From a candidate division FCPU426 bacterium (lineage in GTDB: Bacteria; Oederibacteriota; Muellerivitia; Muellerivitales; Muellerivitaceae): DNA of 64,000 bases. Below the pieces are notes generated by a model that was not told the origin of the DNA, made no database searches, and saw only the letters and a program-made list of their open reading frames with translations. The translations under genes were made by a program, and so were the position numbers. This document shows, one piece after another, positions 1-9,298 of the stretch. Numbering within the stretch: position 1 is the first letter of the stretch; every line of letters starts with the position of its first letter. The stretch covers positions 32,001 to 96,000 of the forward strand of contig CAWHOE010000053.1 of assembly GCA_963830915.1 (NCBI GenBank), read 5' to 3'.

Positions 1-2730
1 AGCGACCACATCATTGGAGTTCTCGATCAGATTCCGGAATTTTTCCTCCGATTGTCTCAAAACCCGTTCCGAATCCTTCCTCTCGGTCAGGTCTCTAAGG
101 ACAGCCATGATGACGGTCCGGCTTTGGAATGACAATGATATGCTCATGATCTCAACAGGAACGATCGCCCCATCTTTGCGAAGAAATCTTCGTTCGACTG
201 GCGGGTTATAGCCTCCCATGGGTTTCAAGCCACCTATCCGGTTTGCCGCGGCCTCCCGTTCCTCAGGATGCAGGTCCAAAAGCGGATCGCGTCCGATCAA
301 CTCCTCCGCCTTTTCATATTTCAAAAGCCGTAGATAAGCCTCGTTCACATAGGTGATCTTCGAGTTGGCGTGGACCACGATGGGGTCGGGCATTTTCTCG
401 ATCAGAGTGCGGAAATTCTCCTCGGACTTGCGCAACGCCTCTTCAGCCAGCAAGTTTTCTGTCACGTCCCTTGAGTTAAAAACGATTCCTTTTACCGATG
501 GCAGATCCAATAGATTATTGGCGGTTCCCTCCATGTGGATCCACGATCCGTTTTTATGCTTCACCCGGTATCGAGTAGTAAGATACGGTATCTTTTTCCC
601 GACCAAATCCCTGAATTCCCTTCTGATCCGGTCCTGATCGTCTGGATGGATACGCTCCATGGAGTCCCGGTCCATTCTTTCCGATGGTTCAAAACCCGTG
701 ATTCGAGCGGCTGAAGGACTGATATAACTAACCTTCCCTTCCCGATCCAGGATCATGAAGAGATCGTATGAATTCTCGATGAGGTTTCGATAGTGATCCT
801 CCGATTTGATAAGGGCTTCCTCGACTTGCTTTCGTTCGGTCACATCCCGGTAATTGAGGATAATGCCCTGAATGGAGGGATTCTCAAGATGGTTGGTCCC
901 GGTGGCTTCGATAAACTTCCAGGACCCGTCCTTATGCCTTACCCGAATGAGGGCGGTAACGGTAGTGCCGAAATTCTCGGCTAAAAACGTGAACCTTTGT
1001 TTGACCTCGTCCAGGTCTTCCGGGTGTACGATCTGGAAGAAGCTATTACCGACCCTTTCCTCCACGTCATATCCCAAGACATTCCTGACCGAAGGACTGA
1101 TATAGAGGGATACACCATTCGTATCCATCAAGGACACCACATCACGGGAATTCTCGATAAGATTCCTGAACCTTTCCTCGGATAACTGAAGGGCCTCCTG
1201 GACCTCTTTGTTGGAGGTCACATCCCGATAATTCAGGATGATCCCCCGGACCAGCGGATTATTCATATGGTTGGTGACCGATGCCTCGACATAGCGCCAT
1301 TGCCCATTGTGATGCTTGACCCGAAGCTGCCCCGTGTCGGTGGCGCCGGGATTTTGGGCGATACGCGTGAAGGAATCCCGGACCCTGGGTAGATCCTCCG
1401 GATGGACAATATCGAAAAAGGATTGTCCCAGACGGTCCTGGATCCGGTAACCCAGGATCTTCTCGTAGGAAGGACTGATGTAGGATGACCTGCCAGAGGG
1501 GTCGATCAAGGCGACCACATCGTGAGAGTTTTCGATGAGACTTCGGAACTTTTCCTCCGATTGTCGCAAGGTGTTTTCCGCTAGTCGGCGGGCAGTGATG
1601 TCCTTGAAATTAATGACGACCCCATTGACGGAAGGCTCCTCCATAAGGCTCGTAACGTTCACTTCGGTATTGATCCAACGCCCGTCCTTATGTTTGGTGC
1701 GGACCTCGAGCGGAAGGACAGTACCCGGAGAGGCCATCGCTTCGCGAAAAACACGGATGGCGTTATCCACGTCTTGCGGGTGAAGATTATCGAAGATAGA
1801 TACGCCTTCCCTTTCCCCAACTTTGAAACCGAGAACCCTTTCCACCGATGGGCTTTCATAAACCCGCTTTCCCTCCTTGTTTAGGATATAAGTGACATCC
1901 AGGGCGTTTTCGGTCAGCGCCCTGAACCTTCTCTCGGAGAGGCGCAATTCGTTTTCCGCGAGTTTCCGTTCAGTGATATCCCGGGCGTTGATGACCACCC
2001 CCCGGACGGTGGGATCTTCCAGAAGGTTCTCTCCCGCGATCTCCATCTCGACCCATCTTCCGTCCTTGTGGCGGATCCGAGCTTCGAAAACAATGGTCGC
2101 GCCGGGCTTTTCCATGCTGTATCTCACGGGACCTCGAACTTTGTCGCGATCATCAGGATGAAGAAAATCAAAGATCGTGGTACCTTTCCTTTCCCCCGGT
2201 TTATACCCCAATATCTTTTCCACCATGGGACTTTCGTAGATCCGTTTCCCATCCCGATCGAGGATATAGACCAGATCGTGGGAATGCTCGGTGATAGCGC
2301 GGAAATGCCTCTCTCTCCGCTGGAGAGCCTCCTCCTCGGCCATGCGGTGTTCGGTGATATCGATGGAAAATCCCGCGACCCCTAGCAGCTTTCCCTTTTT
2401 GTCTTTCAGGGGAGAGAATCGAGTCTCAAAGAAATAGTTCCCCACAGGTCCGATCGTGGAGAAGGTCTCTCCTTTCAAGGCTTTTTGGACATCCTGCAGG
2501 AACGTCGATTCATCGTGATAAAGTTCCAGGATGGGCTTCCCGATCATTTGGGCAGGACGAAAACCCAGGAGCTCCAATCCCTTGCCCGAGACATGGGTGA
2601 TATTCCCCTTCAGATCGATGGCCCAAAAGATTACCAAAGCCTTATCAAGGAATTGCTGGAACAGGGGATTGCCGGTTAGGCTTGAGCTTTTGGACAGAGG
2701 CTTTGTGGTTTTTCGCTTTTTAGGTTTCAT
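1..2730 (-). CDS. Multi-PAS sensor protein, 3' end beyond the left window edge (7 PAS/PAC units plus the start of an 8th; output domain not visible)
   Basis: Absent from the ORF track because there is no in-window stop. Manual translation from ATG at 2730 gives MKPKKRKTTK..., with repeats of about 125 aa (FR.L.ENS.D ... HPDD ... RDVTERK). The codon at 3-1 is still in frame (SEEKFRNLIENSNDVVA). Confidence 0.9.
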   Translation of the reverse strand, partial: MKPKKRKTTKPLSKSSSLTGNPLFQQFLDKALVIFWAIDLKGNITHVSGKGLELLGFRPAQMIGKPILELYHDESTFLQDVQKALKGETFSTIGPVGNYFFETRFSPLKDKKGKLLGVAGFSIDITEHRMAEEEALQRRERHFRAITEHSHDLVYILDRDGKRIYESPMVEKILGYKPGERKGTTIFDFLHPDDRDKVRGPVRYSMEKPGATIVFEARIRHKDGRWVEMEIAGENLLEDPTVRGVVINARDITERKLAENELRLSERRFRALTENALDVTYILNKEGKRVYESPSVERVLGFKVGEREGVSIFDNLHPQDVDNAIRVFREAMASPGTVLPLEVRTKHKDGRWINTEVNVTSLMEEPSVNGVVINFKDITARRLAENTLRQSEEKFRSLIENSHDVVALIDPSGRSSYISPSYEKILGYRIQDRLGQSFFDIVHPEDLPRVRDSFTRIAQNPGATDTGQLRVKHHNGQWRYVEASVTNHMNNPLVRGIILNYRDVTSNKEVQEALQLSEERFRNLIENSRDVVSLMDTNGVSLYISPSVRNVLGYDVEERVGNSFFQIVHPEDLDEVKQRFTFLAENFGTTVTALIRVRHKDGSWKFIEATGTNHLENPSIQGIILNYRDVTERKQVEEALIKSEDHYRNLIENSYDLFMILDREGKVSYISPSAARITGFEPSERMDRDSMERIHPDDQDRIRREFRDLVGKKIPYLTTRYRVKHKNGSWIHMEGTANNLLDLPSVKGIVFNSRDVTENLLAEEALRKSEENFRTLIEKMPDPIVVHANSKITYVNEAYLRLLKYEKAEELIGRDPLLDLHPEEREAAANRIGGLKPMGGYNPPVERRFLRKDGAIVPVEIMSISLSFQSRTVIMAVLRDLTERKDSERVLRQSEEKFRNLIENSNDVVA

Positions 2731-2982
2731 ATTTTAAGGTCCGAGAGAGGACAGACATAGGAATGAACAACCGCTCCTGCCCTTGTATGAGAGTCGACTC
2801 AGTTTTTCCCTATCTATGCTATTTACCTGGATTTTGATACTATAACCAAACTTTTTAAAGGTTAATTAAACATAAAACTTTTTGCTCGATAAAAGTCCCT
2901 GGACCGGATAAAAAGCGTTGGAATATTTGAGCTTTTCCCAGTTCCACGAGCAAAACGCTCTTAAATCAGAAGGATCGAAAAC

Positions 2983-3648
2983 ATGTCACCCATCAAAGTT
3001 TCAGCCTCGGTGCTTTCCGCTGACTTCGGGAACCTATTGCGGGATTGCCAAAAGGCCATCGATGCAGGCGTGGATATGCTTCATATGGATGTCATGGACG
3101 GCCATTTCGTTCCCAACATCACTTTTGGCGCCCCTGTCATCGCCAGCCTGAGGGGCAAGGTCAACGTACCCATTGATACCCATTTGATGATCGAGAACGC
3201 CGACCGTTATATCCAGGATTTCACCAAAGCCGGCTCCACCTACCTTTTATTCCATTCCGAAGCGGTGCTGGACCCCCGCGAGTTGATCCATCTCATCCGC
3301 AGTAATGGGGCCAGGCCGGGGATGGTCATCAACCCCAACACTTCCGAGGAAGTCTTGAAACCTTTTGCCCGCAACCTGGAATACGTCCTTTTCATGTCCG
3401 TTTATCCTGGTTTCGCCGGTCAATCCTTCATGCCTGAAGTGGTTCCCAAGATTGCCCGATTCTCCAAATGGTGCCGTGAAGAGGGTTTGGTCCTGGATAT
3501 CGCCGTGGATGGCGGGATCACTCCCAAGACCGCGCCCCAAGTCGTGGAAGCGGGAGCCAACCTATTGGTGGCGGCGACCGCCCTATTCAAGTCGCCTGAT
3601 ATCAAGGAAGCCGTTCATGCCTTGAAAAACCCTGGAGTATCGAATTGA
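2983..3648 (+). CDS. rpe: Ribulose-phosphate 3-epimerase
   Basis: SVLSADF, HMDVMDGHFVPNITFG, DTHLM, MSVYPGFAGQSF and VDGG motifs. Confidence 0.97.
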   Translation: MSPIKVSASVLSADFGNLLRDCQKAIDAGVDMLHMDVMDGHFVPNITFGAPVIASLRGKVNVPIDTHLMIENADRYIQDFTKAGSTYLLFHSEAVLDPRELIHLIRSNGARPGMVINPNTSEEVLKPFARNLEYVLFMSVYPGFAGQSFMPEVVPKIARFSKWCREEGLVLDIAVDGGITPKTAPQVVEAGANLLVAATALFKSPDIKEAVHALKNPGVSN

Positions 3649-5648
3649 ATTTCCGTCTTCACTATCTAATGACAGTACTCTTGGCCTTCGGTGCCTGTGG
3701 CTGCGCCTCCGTCCCACCCCTTCCCGATAACGCCCCAGCGGACCAGGAGGTCACCAATCTCCTTTCTCAAGCCGCCTCCCAACTCCAGAGCCCGGATGGG
3801 CCGGTCTCTTTGAACGTGATGGATGTAATCAAATCCGAATGGCGGACCGATAAGAGCATGAAGATATCGGTCCATCAGATCTGGGCCACGAGGGTCAAGC
3901 CCGGTCGTACCCTTCCCCCACTGGTCACTTTGAACAAAGATTCCCAGACCCTGACCCTCCAAGACCTTCAGCTTTATGACTTGAACCAGGACGGTACCTT
4001 TTCCAAGTCTTCCGCCCCCGTTTCCCTGGATTGGACCTCCCCGGAGGCCAATCTATCTCCGGCCCTTACCAAGATCGCCACAGCCCATTTGCCTGAAATG
4101 AACGCCGGTCAGGCCTTGGAGATCCGATACACCCTCGAGACCAAAACCTCCATTCTCCTGGACAAGGATAAGTTGAAAGAAGGCGTCAAGTTCCATCCCG
4201 TGCCGGCCGAAGCCAGTTTCGCCTTCCGCTGGAACGATTACACCCCTTCCTTGAAAAGAGACCTGATGGTCCAGATACCCAAAGATATCCCCCTTTACGC
4301 GGTCAAACTCCGGCTCCCCAAAGGGCTGGCGATCGATGAGGATAAACTATCCAAAGTAAGGTCCATTCACTTCTCCCTGGATAACGCCGAAGACCCTGTC
4401 CCGGCAGAAAGCTTCCAACCCGCCTTACAGGATCTAGTTCCCATAACAGCATTTACGCTTTCCAAAAGTTGGGAAGAGGCGGTCTTTCCTTACCGCAAGA
4501 GGGTGAAACAACTGCTGGACGAGGACCTGGGACCTATCCATGAGTTATTAGGTGAAGCGGAAGGCAATACCGCCCTTCCCTTGGCCGACCGGCTGGCCCA
4601 GGCGAAAAGCATCATCCACCAAAAGGTGGAATGGGTGGATACGGGCTTACCGGTCTACCTCAACCCGGACCGAACTTTCCGGGACATCATCGATAGCGGC
4701 AAGGGCACTTCCCATGACATGGCGATCCTTCTGGCTGCGGCCCTGAAAGCCATGAAAATCAACGCCCAGATCTACCTTTACCGACAGGCGACCAGCGGGG
4801 ACCTCATCGGCGACCTGCCGGCCCTTTCCCAATTGGATGGAGTTTTGTTGGCGGTCCCCTCGGGCAAGGATTGGGTTTGGATGGACCCCACCGAACCCTT
4901 GGCGGTTCCAGGGGCGCTTCCTTTATACGCCTTGGGGCAACAGGCTCTCGCTGTCTACCTACCCTTGAATTGGAAACTAACCCCTTCCTTCAACGCCAAG
5001 GATCACCGGAAAGAGCGGGACGTGATCATGCAACTTTCCCCGGACGGCTCGGTGAAATGCACCGTGAACCTCTTGGCTTTTGGCGCGGCGGACCTTTCTT
5101 TGCGTCAGTTTTTCCGGATGACCACTGACGAGAAAAGGAAGGAATTGGTCCTGCGCGGACTGGCCAAACGATTCCCGGGCGTGACCTTGAACGATTACAG
5201 TTACGGTGATTACCGGGATATCAACAAACCCCTGGACCTTCATTATACTTTTACCGTTCCGAATTACGCCGAGTTCCAAGCCAAAGGCGGTTTCCAATTC
5301 TATCCATTGGTCTTCGAGGATGTGGAAGACTTTCTGGCCAACCTGAAGGATTCGCGCCAAACCCCGGTTGTCATACCCCAGAATTTCAATTCGGTCACCC
5401 GTGTGGTGGTGAAATTACCCGCCGGTTATAAGATCCAGGACTTACCTAAGGACGGTTCCATGTCCAATTCTGTGGCGGATTTCGTCGCCAATTCCAAGGT
5501 TCAATTCGGTACTTTGACCTACGATCGTTACCTGGGTTTGAAACAACGTTCCATACTTCCGGGTCGGGAATATGAGGAATTATTGGGTTTCTATCAGGCT
5601 GTTTTGAACCAAGACCGAACACCCTTCATCGCGGTGAAATCTAAATAA
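3645..5648 (+). CDS. Lipoprotein of the DUF3857/transglutaminase-like/DUF3858 type; catalytic Cys apparently replaced
   Basis: Lipobox-like FGACGC. Core GKGTSHDMAILLAAALKAMKINA...WVWMDPT. C-terminal VKLPAGYKIQDLP and EYEELLGFY. Overlaps the rpe stop. Confidence 0.7.
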   Translation: MNFRLHYLMTVLLAFGACGCASVPPLPDNAPADQEVTNLLSQAASQLQSPDGPVSLNVMDVIKSEWRTDKSMKISVHQIWATRVKPGRTLPPLVTLNKDSQTLTLQDLQLYDLNQDGTFSKSSAPVSLDWTSPEANLSPALTKIATAHLPEMNAGQALEIRYTLETKTSILLDKDKLKEGVKFHPVPAEASFAFRWNDYTPSLKRDLMVQIPKDIPLYAVKLRLPKGLAIDEDKLSKVRSIHFSLDNAEDPVPAESFQPALQDLVPITAFTLSKSWEEAVFPYRKRVKQLLDEDLGPIHELLGEAEGNTALPLADRLAQAKSIIHQKVEWVDTGLPVYLNPDRTFRDIIDSGKGTSHDMAILLAAALKAMKINAQIYLYRQATSGDLIGDLPALSQLDGVLLAVPSGKDWVWMDPTEPLAVPGALPLYALGQQALAVYLPLNWKLTPSFNAKDHRKERDVIMQLSPDGSVKCTVNLLAFGAADLSLRQFFRMTTDEKRKELVLRGLAKRFPGVTLNDYSYGDYRDINKPLDLHYTFTVPNYAEFQAKGGFQFYPLVFEDVEDFLANLKDSRQTPVVIPQNFNSVTRVVVKLPAGYKIQDLPKDGSMSNSVADFVANSKVQFGTLTYDRYLGLKQRSILPGREYEELLGFYQAVLNQDRTPFIAVKSK

Positions 5649-5747
5649 CCCGGTAAATTATCCCTGATTTACTTTCTTCTTCCGTCCATCAAAAATCGAT
5701 TATTTCCATGATATACTTTTGAGAATTTCCGCTTTAAGGAACTAGTC

Positions 5748-8729
5748 ATCCGAAAGTTTTCATTTATCCTTATAACGTTTTTAACGTGTAACTGCCTAAT
5801 GGCCGCGACGATCAGTTTTACGATCGATCCAACCCAGAACAACAGCCCCATATCCCCTTTAAGTTATGGCAGCAACCAGGATATAGGTGTAACTCTCATA
5901 CCTTATTTCCGCCAAGGCGGGAACCGGATGACTGGTTACAACTGGGAGAACAATGCCTCCAACGCAGGCACCGATTACGGTCCCAACCATGAGGACTGGT
6001 ATCTTCTTTCCGTCATGAACCCGGCCCCACCCCAGGACGGCAACCAGATGCCCGCCACGGTTGTGTGTCAATTCGTCAATAACAACAACGCTAGGAACGC
6101 CGCTTCCCTCATCACGGTCCAGATGGCTGGGTATGTCTCAGCGGACGGCAATTGCAATTGCGATGTTAGCGTGACCGGCTCCGCTGACACAGCTGGGACT
6201 TATTGGAAACAGGTCGTGAACGTCAACGCCGCCGATCCACCTTATCCTGGGGCACCTGTCACGACCGATGATTTTGTCTATATGAATGAGTTCCTGCATT
6301 ACCTTTTCTCACAAGTCGGTACCGCGTCCACTACTGGAGCGAAATATTATTGTTTGGACAATGAGCCTGGTATTTGGGCCAGCACTCATCCCATGATCCA
6401 TCCAAATGCGGTGTTATGCTCCGAAGTGGCGAACAAGGGCATTAGCATGGCAACCCTCATCACTTCCATGGACCCAGCGGCCCAAGTTTTGGGCCCGGTC
6501 TGCTACGGTTGGGGCGAATACACCAATAATTCCACCGCGCCTGACGATAATCTTCTCACTCCCTTTGACAATGGAAACTATATACCCTATCTCAACTATT
6601 ACCTCGCCCAAATGAAAACAGCATCCACTTCGGCAGGGCGAAGACTTTTGAATTACCTGGACCTTCATTGGTATCCGGAGGCGACAGGGTTGGACGGGAC
6701 GAACGCCGTTCGAATCACCAATGATGACACGACCCAAGGGGTCGCCATTGCCCGAATGCAGGCACCCCGAAGCCTTTGGGACCCGACCTACACCGAAACC
6801 AGCTGGATCACCCAGGATTCCCTTCCCAACTCCCCTATCACCTTGATCCCACGGCTTCAAGCGGCGATAAGCCAGTATTATCCAGGAACAAAAATATCTT
6901 TTTCTGAGTACCAATATGGATCCGGGGAGGATATCTCGGGAGGGGTCGCTGAGGTGGATGCTCTGGGGATTTTCGGTAAATATGGTGTTGCGGCCTGTCG
7001 GTGGGATGATGGAACTAGCGATACTTATGTATCGGCTGCCTATTATATGTATTTGAATTACGACGGTAGCGGGTCCCAATTCGGGGACACCTCTATCCTG
7101 GCCAGTTCCTCGGGTGCCAATGCGGTTTCCCTGACTTCCGTATACGCCGCCAGGGATAACAGCCATCCCAATCGGATCAATGTCATCATCCTCAACAAGG
7201 ATTATTCCAACGTCAACCAGGCCGCCGTCACCCTGAACAACCTGGCGGGCGGCCAGCAGATATCAGCCATCAAGTCCTATCGTTTCGATTCTACGACCTC
7301 CACGATATACTCCCCCACTTCCCCCGCCTTCACCGCCAACACTTTTTCCGATAACCTGCCCTTCCGCTCAGCCACCCTTTACCAGATCACCTTGACCCAG
7401 CCCTTCCTGACCTTCACACCCAGCCCCTCCCCAACCCCGATCTATTCCTATACCCCCACCGCCACCGGTACCATTTACACCCCGACTTGGACAGCAACCT
7501 CCACTCCAACCTCAACCGCCACGATGACTTCCACATCTACGGCAACTTCAACCTTCACCATCACCGCCACCCCTTTTTCCACGGTCTGCCCTAGCTTTTT
7601 CAGCGGTTGTGAATCTTTGACTGAGAATGGGACTTGGACCGCCGGGGCCAATTCGTCCATCGCCATCGTGACATCCGCTACCGCTCCTGTTGGTTCCATA
7701 ACCCAGGGAACCCACGCCCTGCAGGTAAACATCACCACCGGGACCGGATGGAACGATAAGATCGTCAATTTGACCGGATTTTCCCCGTCCGACTGGACCA
7801 ATGTCGCCCAGGTCCAGATGGATGTTTACGCCAGCGCGAGCCTAATTACGGGCCAGGCTTGGAGCCAACTCGTCCTATACGGGAACGGTACGACCCATAC
7901 TTACGCCAGGCTATCCCCAGGAAATACCACCCTCGCTTCGGGGGAAAACCTGAATCTGACCTTTAATATAAGCGCTCTTTCGGCTGGACTCTCCAATGGT
8001 GAAACACTCAATTCTCTCTTTTTGGTCTATAACAGCCAGACCGGCGCTACGGGAAGTCTCTATATAGATAACATCCGGTTGGTAACGGGTTGTGTCTATA
8101 CTCCCACTCCTTCACCCACTTATTCCCCAACTTACTCACCCACGCTTACTCCCTCTTACACCCCTACCCCAACCATCACCTTGACACCCACCGTGACATA
8201 TACACCTACCTTGACCTATACCCAGACCAACACGGCCACAGGAACCGCTCCCACCGCCACCAGTACATTCACAGCTACTTCTACCTTCACCTTTACCTAT
8301 TCCCCGACCTTCACCAATACTTTCACCAACACCTCCACTCCCACTTATACATTCACTGTATTCAATACACCCACTCCTACCATGACCTCAACAACCACCT
8401 CCACGCTTTCCCCAACCTTGACCCCGACTTTCGGCGCGGGCAACCCAGGTGGTCCTCCCCTCATTTATCCCAATCCAGTCCTGGACCTCAATCCCGTGAA
8501 CATCCTGTTTAACCTTGCCCTTCCAGAATCGAAGGTCAGTCTTAAACTCTACACCACCGCTTTCCGAATGGTTCAGGAGGTCACCTTACCCAACCTCCCT
8601 GCCGGACCGGTCAAAACCCAGGTCCCACTAGTGGATAAAAAAGGACACCTGCTGGCCAATGGTCTTTATTACATAGTTATCTTCACCCCACAGGGTCACT
8701 CGGTGGGTAAGCTGCTCATCACCCGCTGA
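5748..8729 (+). CDS. Secreted GH44 endoglucanase/xyloglucanase + Thr/Pro linker + CBM-like beta-sandwich + Thr/Pro linker + YPNP C-terminal domain
   Basis: GH44 motifs RQGGNRMTGYNWENNASNAG, LDNEPGIWASTHP, LDLHWYPEA, SEYQYG. The ORF track starts at 5799; the in-frame upstream segment RKFSFILITFLTCNCLMA is signal-peptide-like, so the start is tentatively placed at 5748. Confidence 0.88.
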   Translation: MRKFSFILITFLTCNCLMAATISFTIDPTQNNSPISPLSYGSNQDIGVTLIPYFRQGGNRMTGYNWENNASNAGTDYGPNHEDWYLLSVMNPAPPQDGNQMPATVVCQFVNNNNARNAASLITVQMAGYVSADGNCNCDVSVTGSADTAGTYWKQVVNVNAADPPYPGAPVTTDDFVYMNEFLHYLFSQVGTASTTGAKYYCLDNEPGIWASTHPMIHPNAVLCSEVANKGISMATLITSMDPAAQVLGPVCYGWGEYTNNSTAPDDNLLTPFDNGNYIPYLNYYLAQMKTASTSAGRRLLNYLDLHWYPEATGLDGTNAVRITNDDTTQGVAIARMQAPRSLWDPTYTETSWITQDSLPNSPITLIPRLQAAISQYYPGTKISFSEYQYGSGEDISGGVAEVDALGIFGKYGVAACRWDDGTSDTYVSAAYYMYLNYDGSGSQFGDTSILASSSGANAVSLTSVYAARDNSHPNRINVIILNKDYSNVNQAAVTLNNLAGGQQISAIKSYRFDSTTSTIYSPTSPAFTANTFSDNLPFRSATLYQITLTQPFLTFTPSPSPTPIYSYTPTATGTIYTPTWTATSTPTSTATMTSTSTATSTFTITATPFSTVCPSFFSGCESLTENGTWTAGANSSIAIVTSATAPVGSITQGTHALQVNITTGTGWNDKIVNLTGFSPSDWTNVAQVQMDVYASASLITGQAWSQLVLYGNGTTHTYARLSPGNTTLASGENLNLTFNISALSAGLSNGETLNSLFLVYNSQTGATGSLYIDNIRLVTGCVYTPTPSPTYSPTYSPTLTPSYTPTPTITLTPTVTYTPTLTYTQTNTATGTAPTATSTFTATSTFTFTYSPTFTNTFTNTSTPTYTFTVFNTPTPTMTSTTTSTLSPTLTPTFGAGNPGGPPLIYPNPVLDLNPVNILFNLALPESKVSLKLYTTAFRMVQEVTLPNLPAGPVKTQVPLVDKKGHLLANGLYYIVIFTPQGHSVGKLLITR

Positions 8730-8797
8730 TCGCATAGTTCCCCCCGTTCTTCCTTATTACTCTTTCATACAATAAACAGTTTTCTAGGATCCAACCC

Positions 8798-8826
8798 TTG
8801 ACATTGTCCAAGCCCTGTTATTTAGT
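8798..8826 (+). promoter_or_regulatory. Putative sigma70 promoter (TTGACA-17 bp-TTTAGT) for the 8833 ORF
   Basis: Perfect -35 at 8798-8803 and a 4/6 -10 at 8821-8826; the predicted start site falls near the ATG at 8833. Confidence 0.5.
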
Positions 8827-8832
8827 GATTTC

Positions 8833-9216
8833 ATGACAAAAAATCATTTACGGTTATTCCTTCTAGCGATGGCCTTTTGGGTGGCCGGAGGACAATGGAT
8901 GGCTCTTCAATCGATGGCCTGGTTGAACATGACCAGGACCTATTGCCAGACCGAAACCCTTTCCCGATCCCTGGCTAAGACTTTTGATGGGAATCATCCA
9001 TGTCCCCTCTGTCGCTTTATTCAAAAAGAAAAAGCGGCCCAAAGCTCTCCAAAAGTCATTTCCAATTTCCAGAAGAATTCTTTTTTCTTCATTTCATTTA
9101 CGGTCTTGCTGGTATTACTCTTGGCCCAGCCTAAACTTCATTCGATCAAGGCCTTATTGTCAGAATTTGACCGCTCTCCTCTTTCCCCTCCTCCCAGAAA
9201 ATTTTTCTCAATTTAA
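8833..9216 (+). CDS. Small DUF2946/CruR/CutF-like protein (hydrophobic N-terminus, CxxC, Pro-rich C-terminus)
   Basis: W..LQ..AW..M, TFDGNHPCPLC, ends SPLSPPPRKFFSI; lies directly upstream of an outer-membrane barrel gene. Confidence 0.7.
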   Translation: MTKNHLRLFLLAMAFWVAGGQWMALQSMAWLNMTRTYCQTETLSRSLAKTFDGNHPCPLCRFIQKEKAAQSSPKVISNFQKNSFFFISFTVLLVLLLAQPKLHSIKALLSEFDRSPLSPPPRKFFSI

Positions 9217-9298
9217 ACTTTTTTCAAAAGCCCATCTCGACAATCTAAATTGCCGGTTTTTTGGCAATTTCATTTTCATTTTTCAAGGAGAAAACAAA

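Noticed and set aside
14..2737. Many short plus-strand ORFs
   Set aside because: Shadows of the minus-strand multi-PAS gene.
8984..9298. 105-aa N-terminal extension of the barrel ORF
   Set aside because: It overlaps the leader ORF; the strong SD and signal peptide support ATG 9299.
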